Assembly (NCBI GenBank): GCA_963666055.2
Contig: CAXWPH010000015.1
Span: forward strand, 1,600,001-1,664,000
DNA: 64,000 nt
Origin: Acidobacteriota bacterium
Lineage (GTDB): Bacteria; Acidobacteriota; UBA890; WLXD01
Reading direction: 5' to 3'
The notes under the pieces were generated by a model. That model was not told the origin of the DNA. It did no database searches and saw only the letters and a list, made by a program, of their open reading frames with translations. Positions 58,662-64,000 of this stretch are shown here, in pieces (the stretch's first letter is position 1; every line of letters begins with the position of its first letter). The translations under genes and the position numbers were made by a program.

Positions 58662-58913
58662 TCAGATCGAGCCCTCGGTCTTGGCGAACGAGGAGTCCTT
58701 GTCGCCGCCAAACCGATACCCGCCGCTGAAACCGATCTTCTTGTGCTCGATCGCAATCACCTGCGAGCTGTTGAGCACCACGGTCGCTTGCTCACCCTCG
58801 ATCGAGGCGGCCTTGCGTGGCAGTAGCTCGACGAACCTGCCATCGCACAGGAAGCGCGCATCGTCCGCCTCGATGACGGTGTCGTCGGTGAGCTCGATCT
58901 CATAGCGCGCCAT
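58662..58913 (-). CDS. Small hypothetical protein
   Basis: 83 aa with strong GC3 bias; TAAAAT hexamer 8 nt before the ATG. Confidence 0.6.
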   Translation of the reverse strand: MARYEIELTDDTVIEADDARFLCDGRFVELLPRKAASIEGEQATVVLNSSQVIAIEHKKIGFSGGYRFGGDKDSSFAKTEGSI

Positions 58914-58949
58914 GGGTCAAGATTTTACCAGGCGGTCACAAGGGCGGAG

Positions 58950-59228
58950 CTAGCAGGCCGTGGTGGAAGTGTGACGGGCCTGGCGACAGGGTCTTGCGAG
59001 GTGGAGGCAAGGAGAGAGAAGGAGGCGATGGTTACCCCATCGTCGACGACGAACGACGCAGTATACGCGCGCAACCCCCTGTCGCCCAAAGGGTTACGGC
59101 GATTCGGGGCCATCTGCAGCGTTGGCCTTCCTCGACGATGGCTAGGGCATCGCCAGTGTCAGGCCGCCTTGCATCTGGCCCCAACTCGCCGCAACCAGGC
59201 CCGCCACACTTTCACCACGGCCTGCTAG
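58950..59228. mobile_element. 279-bp palindromic element (MITE-like) with ~34-bp terminal inverted repeats
   Basis: CTAGCAGGCCGTGGTGGAAGTGTGACGGGCCTGG ... CCAGGCCCGCCACACTTTCACCACGGCCTGCTAG; two internal hairpin arms. Confidence 0.88.
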
Positions 59229-59371
59229 CGCAGGTTGCCTGGTGTCCTCGGCGCGCGACGAACGACCACTACGGCGAGCTCGCGCCGTAGCTCGACCGCC
59301 GTCCGGATGACCGTCCAGCCCGACCAGAGCGCCAGCGCAGCGAGCGACAGAGGGATGATTTGATCCAGCAT
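59225..59371 (-). CDS. 48-aa single-TM peptide
   Basis: MLDQIIPLSLAALALWSGWTVIRTAVELRRELAVVVVRRAPRTPGNLR; AAAGGA RBS 7 nt upstream. Confidence 0.5.
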   Translation of the reverse strand: MLDQIIPLSLAALALWSGWTVIRTAVELRRELAVVVVRRAPRTPGNLR

Positions 59372-59388
59372 CTGCAAGTCCTTTGAGT

Positions 59389-59431
59389 CCCGGGTCGTCG
59401 AGCTCCCCGTGCTCCGGCTCGACGACCCGGG
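59389..59431. other. Perfect 15-bp stem-loop
   Basis: CCCGGGTCGTCGAGC-N13-GCTCGACGACCCGGG, followed by TTTC on the + strand. Confidence 0.8.
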
Positions 59432-59641
59432 TTTCGTAGTCCGTTTTCCCGTTCCTTGTCGTGTTAGACGCGTGAGCAACGGGTTCGGTTGCTCTCGGTA
59501 TCTACTTATTCGCTCGAACGACCGTAGAAGTTTCAGTTTGTGTGACGATGACCTTCGAATATGCGCAACTATCGGGTCGCGACCTGTCCGGATGGCGCGT
59601 AGCGTAGGCTCTTCGATGACAACAAGCGCCGAGGGGATTCG

Positions 59642-60484
59642 ATGAGCGCAGACTATCGCCGCATCCAGGAAGCCATCCGATATGTGCGGTTTCATGCCGA
59701 CGAGCAGCCGCAACTGGACGATGTGGCAGCTCATGTCGAGCTTAGCAAGTTCCACTTCCAGCGCCTGTTCCGGCGCTGGGCCGGCGTGTCGCCGAAGCGC
59801 TTCCTACAGTTCGTTACGGTGCAACACGCCAAGCGGCTGCTGCGAGAGTCGGCGTCGGTGCTCGAAGCGTCTCTCGAGACCGGGTTGTCGGGACCGTCCA
59901 GGTTGCACGACCTGTTCGTCAGCGCCGAGGCGGTGACGCCCGGTGAATACAAGTGGGGCGGCGCCGGTTTGGAGCTGCGGTTCGGCTTTCATGAATCCGC
60001 GTTCGGAGAATTCTTGATCGCTACGAGCGACCGGGGTATTGCAGCGCTAGCGTTTACCGATGCCCGGGGGCATGAGGCGGCCGTCGACGATCTTGCCTCC
60101 GACTGGAGCGCGGCGGCGTTGTTGCGCGACGATGCTGGCACGGCAGCGGCAGCACGCCAGGCATTCGCGTTCGATCGGGCCGATCGACCGCCGCGGCTGT
60201 TGCTACGCGGCACCAATTTCCAGATCCAGGTTTGGCGGGCGCTGCTGGCCATTCCGCCAGGAGCGGTCGTTTCGTACGGCGACGTGGCGACGTCGATCGG
60301 TCGGCCTGCCGCGTCGCGCGCCGTTGCCAGCGCCATCGCCAGCAACAGGATCGCCTGCCTGATCCCCTGTCATCGCGTGCTCCGTGCCAGTGGCGACTTC
60401 GGTGACTATCGCTGGGATCCGGCGCGCAAGGTTGCCATGCTCGGTTGGGAGGCGGCACACCTGGAGGTCGCCGTGCATGCCTGA
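59642..60484 (+). CDS. AraC-HTH + methylated-DNA--protein-cysteine methyltransferase (Ada-like, no N-terminal Zn domain)
   Basis: SKFHFQRLFRRWAGVSPKRF, GTNFQIQVW, RAVASA, active site IPCHRV. Confidence 0.9.
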   Translation: MSADYRRIQEAIRYVRFHADEQPQLDDVAAHVELSKFHFQRLFRRWAGVSPKRFLQFVTVQHAKRLLRESASVLEASLETGLSGPSRLHDLFVSAEAVTPGEYKWGGAGLELRFGFHESAFGEFLIATSDRGIAALAFTDARGHEAAVDDLASDWSAAALLRDDAGTAAAARQAFAFDRADRPPRLLLRGTNFQIQVWRALLAIPPGAVVSYGDVATSIGRPAASRAVASAIASNRIACLIPCHRVLRASGDFGDYRWDPARKVAMLGWEAAHLEVAVHA

Positions 60485-61886
60485 CACCGAGCTGGCGGCG
60501 GCGTTGCGACGCCTGCGCCAGGTCGCGGAGGCAATGAACGAGCAGGTCGCCGATGGCCCGGTTTCCAAGTCGCGCACCGTGGCCGACGTACGCGCCCGGA
60601 TCGATGGTCTCTTCGATCTTGCCGAACCGACCTCACCCGACGAGCTAGTCGAACGGGTTGTCGAGCGGTTGGCGGCCGACACCGTGCAGGTCACTCACCC
60701 GCGCTACTTCGGGCTCTTCAACCCCGCTGTTCCGCCGATCACGGTGGTCGCGGATGCCCTGGTGGCGATGTTCAACCCACAGCTTGCTGCATGGGAGCAT
60801 TCGCCTGCGGCTCAGGAGATGGAGCGCCTGGTGCTCGGCGCGCTGGGACGGCTTGTCGGCCTGGAGCTCGACGGCGGCATGGCCCACTTCACCAGCGGTG
60901 GCGCCGAGGCCAACGGTACCGCGACGCTGGCGGCGCTGGTGGCGGCGTTCCCGGCTCTGCCTGCGACCGGACTGCGAGCGCTGCCGGCGCAACCAACGCT
61001 CTATCTTTCCGGGCAAGGTCACGACACCTTCTTGAAGATCGCCGTTGCCTGTGGGCTGGGCCGGAAGGCGGTGCGGCGTGTCCCGGTTGACGACGACTTC
61101 CGCATGGACGTGGCGGCGTTGCGCGATCAGCTGCGCCGAGACCGAGCCCGCGGTGAGCAGCCGTTTCTGGTGGTCGGGACCGCCGGCACGACATCGACGG
61201 GAGTGATCGACCCGCTCGAGTCGATCGCCGAGGTGGCGAGCGAAGAGCGTCTCTGGATGCACGCCGACGCCGCCTGGGGCGGTGGTGCGCTCCTGTCGGA
61301 GCGCCTCCGACCGGCGCTTGCCGGCATCGACGCGGCTGATTCGATCACCTGGGACGCGCACAAGTGGCTATCGGTGCCGATGGCCGCCGGTATGTTCTTC
61401 AGCCGCCGTCCCGCCGCCGTACGCGCCGCGTTCGACGTCCACGCGACGTATGTGCCGCCCAGTCCCGAAGGCGCTGACGATCCCTATACGGTGTCGTGGC
61501 AGTGGAGCCGTCGGTTCATCGGCCTGAAGGTGTTCATGGCTCTGGCCGAGGTCGGGCTGCAGGGCTACGGGGAGCGCGTCGAGCATCAGGCGGATATGGG
61601 CGATCGCTTGCGACGACGATTGCGGGAATCCGGCTGGTTGCTGTGCAACCGTACTCCGCTGCCACTGGTGTGCTTCAGCCATCCGCAGATCGAATCCGGC
61701 CACACCACCGCGCCCGAGGTGGTGGCGCGGGTCATCGCCTCGGGGCAGGCTTGGGCCTCGACGATTCGCCTGCCCACCGGCGCGGAGGTCATTCGCGCCT
61801 GCGTCTGCAACTATCGCACCAGCCCCGAAGATATCGATGCCACCGTGCGTGCGTTCGACAGCGCGCTACCGATGACCGATGGCTAG
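60477..61886 (+). CDS. Group II PLP-dependent decarboxylase (aromatic amino acid / diaminobutyrate type)
   Basis: HPRYFG, FTSGGAEAN, GTAGTTSTG.IDPL, HADAAWGG, DSITWDAHKW, QWSRR. Confidence 0.9.
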   Translation: MPDTELAAALRRLRQVAEAMNEQVADGPVSKSRTVADVRARIDGLFDLAEPTSPDELVERVVERLAADTVQVTHPRYFGLFNPAVPPITVVADALVAMFNPQLAAWEHSPAAQEMERLVLGALGRLVGLELDGGMAHFTSGGAEANGTATLAALVAAFPALPATGLRALPAQPTLYLSGQGHDTFLKIAVACGLGRKAVRRVPVDDDFRMDVAALRDQLRRDRARGEQPFLVVGTAGTTSTGVIDPLESIAEVASEERLWMHADAAWGGGALLSERLRPALAGIDAADSITWDAHKWLSVPMAAGMFFSRRPAAVRAAFDVHATYVPPSPEGADDPYTVSWQWSRRFIGLKVFMALAEVGLQGYGERVEHQADMGDRLRRRLRESGWLLCNRTPLPLVCFSHPQIESGHTTAPEVVARVIASGQAWASTIRLPTGAEVIRACVCNYRTSPEDIDATVRAFDSALPMTDG

Positions 61887-61918
61887 CGGCAGGCCGCACT
61901 TCCACCACGGCCTGCTAG
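61883..61918. repeat. 36-bp minimal derivative of the CTAG-bounded element
   Basis: CTAGCGGCAGGCCGCACTTCCACCACGGCCTGCTAG; each terminal CTAG holds the stop codon of a convergent gene. Confidence 0.8.
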
Positions 61919-62244
61919 GGCTCCTCCTCGGGTAGCCAGCGGTGGCAACCCATGTCGACGCGTCCGTCGCTCCCGAAGCCCACGCCCTCGCCCTCGAGCC
62001 GCTGTCGCTGGCGTCCGGGGGACGTTCCCGCGACGCGATCCGTCGAGCACTCTCCGCGCACGTTCACCACGCGGTGCCACGGAACGTCGTCCGGACAATC
62101 GTGCATGGCCCAGCCGACGGCACGCGGTGTCAGCGGTCGGGTGTGGAGCGCAGCTACCTGGCCGTAGTTCATTACCTTTCCAGAGGGAATCTGGCGCACG
62201 ATGTCCCATACCTCGTGCCAGGCGCTGGTCTCACCGTTGTTCAC
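61915..62244 (-). CDS. Alkyltransferase-like (ATL) MGMT-family protein
   Basis: VRQIPSGKVMNYGQVA, RAVGWAM, VPWHRVVN (Trp in place of the acceptor Cys), LEGEGV; GTG start after GGGAGG. Confidence 0.87.
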   Translation of the reverse strand: MNNGETSAWHEVWDIVRQIPSGKVMNYGQVAALHTRPLTPRAVGWAMHDCPDDVPWHRVVNVRGECSTDRVAGTSPGRQRQRLEGEGVGFGSDGRVDMGCHRWLPEEEP

Positions 62245-62272
62245 CGACCGGGCTTGCCTCCCGTTGCGCCTG

Positions 62273-64000
62273 CTAGCGCTCGGCCTTGAGTGCCGGCAGG
62301 AGCGGTACGCGCAACGCTCCAATTACCGCTACCAAACTTGCCAGCATGCCGACCACGAGCACGGCGGCAAGCGTTGGCAACAGGGCGCCCCACGGCAGCT
62401 CGACGGCAGCCAGGGCAAACCTCGGGGCAATTGCCAGCAACGCCGATGCACTGCCGATCAGCGTGCCGATGGCGAGGAGAAAGGCGTTCTCGGCAAGCAC
62501 CATGCGAGCCAGAAAGGCGCGCCGAAATCCGAAGGCGCGCAGAGTGGCGAGCTCGCCGCGCCGCTCGATCACGTTGCGTACCAAGACAACTCCGAGGCCG
62601 ATCGTACCGAGGAGCAACCCCAGTCCCCCGAGTGCCTGGAATGTCGACAGGTAGGTGTTCTGCACGACGAGGAAGCCGGCGATCCGGTCGGCCGTCCGCG
62701 TGGCGTCGAAGCCGAACCGTTCGAGACGGTCTTCCAGCGAGGCCGCAACCTCGACGTCACGCCCCGCGGGCGCGTCGATGAGGAAGTACGAGAAGCCACT
62801 TCGGCCGGGAAAATAACGCAGTAGGTTGGCTTCCGAAATCAGCAACTCGCTCTGGAAGATGCTGTCCTGAACAGTGCCTACCAACCGCAGCCTGAGCTCC
62901 TCGCCGCGCTCACCCTCGATGATCAGCTCGCCATCGACCGGCAATTTGAGAATCCACTGCATTGAGTTGGCGTCGCCGATAGCTGGAATCACCCCCGGAC
63001 CCAGGTCAGCGCGGAGCAGCTCCCAGGGGTTGGGGCTCGCTTCCAGCTCAGCGCTCAGCGCGGCGAACCGAAAGCCGCCCTGATCGATTAGCTCGTCCGT
63101 TGCCCCGAGCAACCGCGGCCGGCGCGGCTGATACAGGTTCAGGCAGCTGGCGTCGTCCCCTGGAACCAGCCGAAGCTGGGTGATCCGCACATCTTTCAGC
63201 CGCGCCTCGGCAGTTGCGTCAAAGCCCAGATCAAAGCGTCCGGCGACGTCGTTGAGGTTCTGATGTATTGGTACGTCGGCCATTGCTATGAGGTCGTAGC
63301 CGCCTGCGCCCTCCTCGATGACATGTGCTTCGCGGGCCGGGTCGCGGGTGTTGCCGGCCACCGTGACGATGACGAAGCACGCCGACGCTACCAGCGCCAC
63401 GCTGAGGATGCTGCGGTTCGGGCTCCACGAGCTGTTTCGAATCGCCATGCTGATCGCCGCGAAGCTGGAGCTCCTGACGCGCCCGCGCGCCCGCCGACAC
63501 CAAGTTGCGAAGGCCGCCAATCCGGCGGTCAGCAGTAGCGCGCCAATTCCGAAAGCGATTCCCGGGTTAGACGCTTGATCGCCGGCGAGCGCGTACGCCA
63601 GCAGACCGATCGCAGCGGCGAAGCACAGCGGGGCCAGCCAACCACGGCGCCGGCGCTGGCCAACGGTGGCGGCAGGCATCCTGGTCACACCGGCCAGCAA
63701 TCGGGTTGGTGGCAATCGACGCAAGCGCCGCACGGTGATCCATATCGAGCCGACCACCGCGAAGGAAGAGATGGCAAACCCGATGACCAGCGTGGCCGGC
63801 AACACGTGCAGATACAGTAGCGGCGAGCCCACCGCCGCCAACCAGATCGTCCGCAAACCCCAGAGCATGAGCTTTCCGTACAACACCGCGGCGACCAATC
63901 CGGCGACGCCGCCCAACGCTGCGATCGCCGCTCCCTCAGCCAGGAACTTTTGCCGTACCTGTCTCAGTGGGTAGCCGACTGCTAGCAGCAATCCGATTTC
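62273..64000 (-). CDS. FtsX-like ABC permease (partial, starts beyond the window end)
   Basis: EIGLLLAVGY at the window edge; second FtsX domain LVRNVIERRGELATLRAFGF and PLLPALKAE. Confidence 0.88.
   Translation of the reverse strand, partial: EIGLLLAVGYPLRQVRQKFLAEGAAIAALGGVAGLVAAVLYGKLMLWGLRTIWLAAVGSPLLYLHVLPATLVIGFAISSFAVVGSIWITVRRLRRLPPTRLLAGVTRMPAATVGQRRRRGWLAPLCFAAAIGLLAYALAGDQASNPGIAFGIGALLLTAGLAAFATWCRRARGRVRSSSFAAISMAIRNSSWSPNRSILSVALVASACFVIVTVAGNTRDPAREAHVIEEGAGGYDLIAMADVPIHQNLNDVAGRFDLGFDATAEARLKDVRITQLRLVPGDDASCLNLYQPRRPRLLGATDELIDQGGFRFAALSAELEASPNPWELLRADLGPGVIPAIGDANSMQWILKLPVDGELIIEGERGEELRLRLVGTVQDSIFQSELLISEANLLRYFPGRSGFSYFLIDAPAGRDVEVAASLEDRLERFGFDATRTADRIAGFLVVQNTYLSTFQALGGLGLLLGTIGLGVVLVRNVIERRGELATLRAFGFRRAFLARMVLAENAFLLAIGTLIGSASALLAIAPRFALAAVELPWGALLPTLAAVLVVGMLASLVAVIGALRVPLLPALKAER

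Noticed and set aside
58925-59290. Small ORFs inside the palindromic elements (58925-59113, 58971-59228, 44601-44864)
   Set aside because: No transposase or other motifs; treated as by-products of the repeat sequence.
28686-61918. CRISPR array or integron attC cassettes as the explanation for the repeats
   Set aside because: Copies are dispersed without regular spacers, there is no cas or intI gene, and the ends lack the RYYYAAC/GTTRRRY pattern.

Overview
High-GC (roughly two-thirds G+C by eye), gene-dense bacterial chromosomal window. It has no rRNA, tRNA, CRISPR array or transposase that I can recognise. Many secreted hydrolases, PQQ-like and LVIVD propellers, DUF5916 and an ADOP-like permease end suggest an Acidobacteriota- or Gemmatimonadota-type organism (inference). 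Contents in order: a NitT/TauT ABC importer with an FAD oxidoreductase; pckG; a Tat-less molybdopterin oxidoreductase complex (4Fe-4S/NrfD fusion, catalytic subunit, TorD-type chaperone); peptidases; a DUF5107-TPR/CBM9-like pair; Fpg/Nei; patatin; two GMC + subunit-III dehydrogenase pairs around a D-aminoacylase; rhodanese and cystathionine beta-synthase; an MscS-FHA fusion coupled to a degenerate Hanks-type kinase; a damaged PsrA-like TetR/RND efflux locus; a copper cluster; fabH; fbp; and alkylation-repair genes. Three signals stand out. (1) A family of non-coding, CTAG-bounded palindromic elements: two full copies of 278-279 bp have different sequences but the same two-armed fold, and several shorter derivatives exist; their CTAG ends often form the TAG stop codons of neighbouring genes. 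(2) The MscS-FHA/pseudokinase pair. (3) A cluster of gene-breaking lesions at 30.6-37.4 kb that is either real decay or assembly error. All calls come from reading motifs by eye; no database searches were run.
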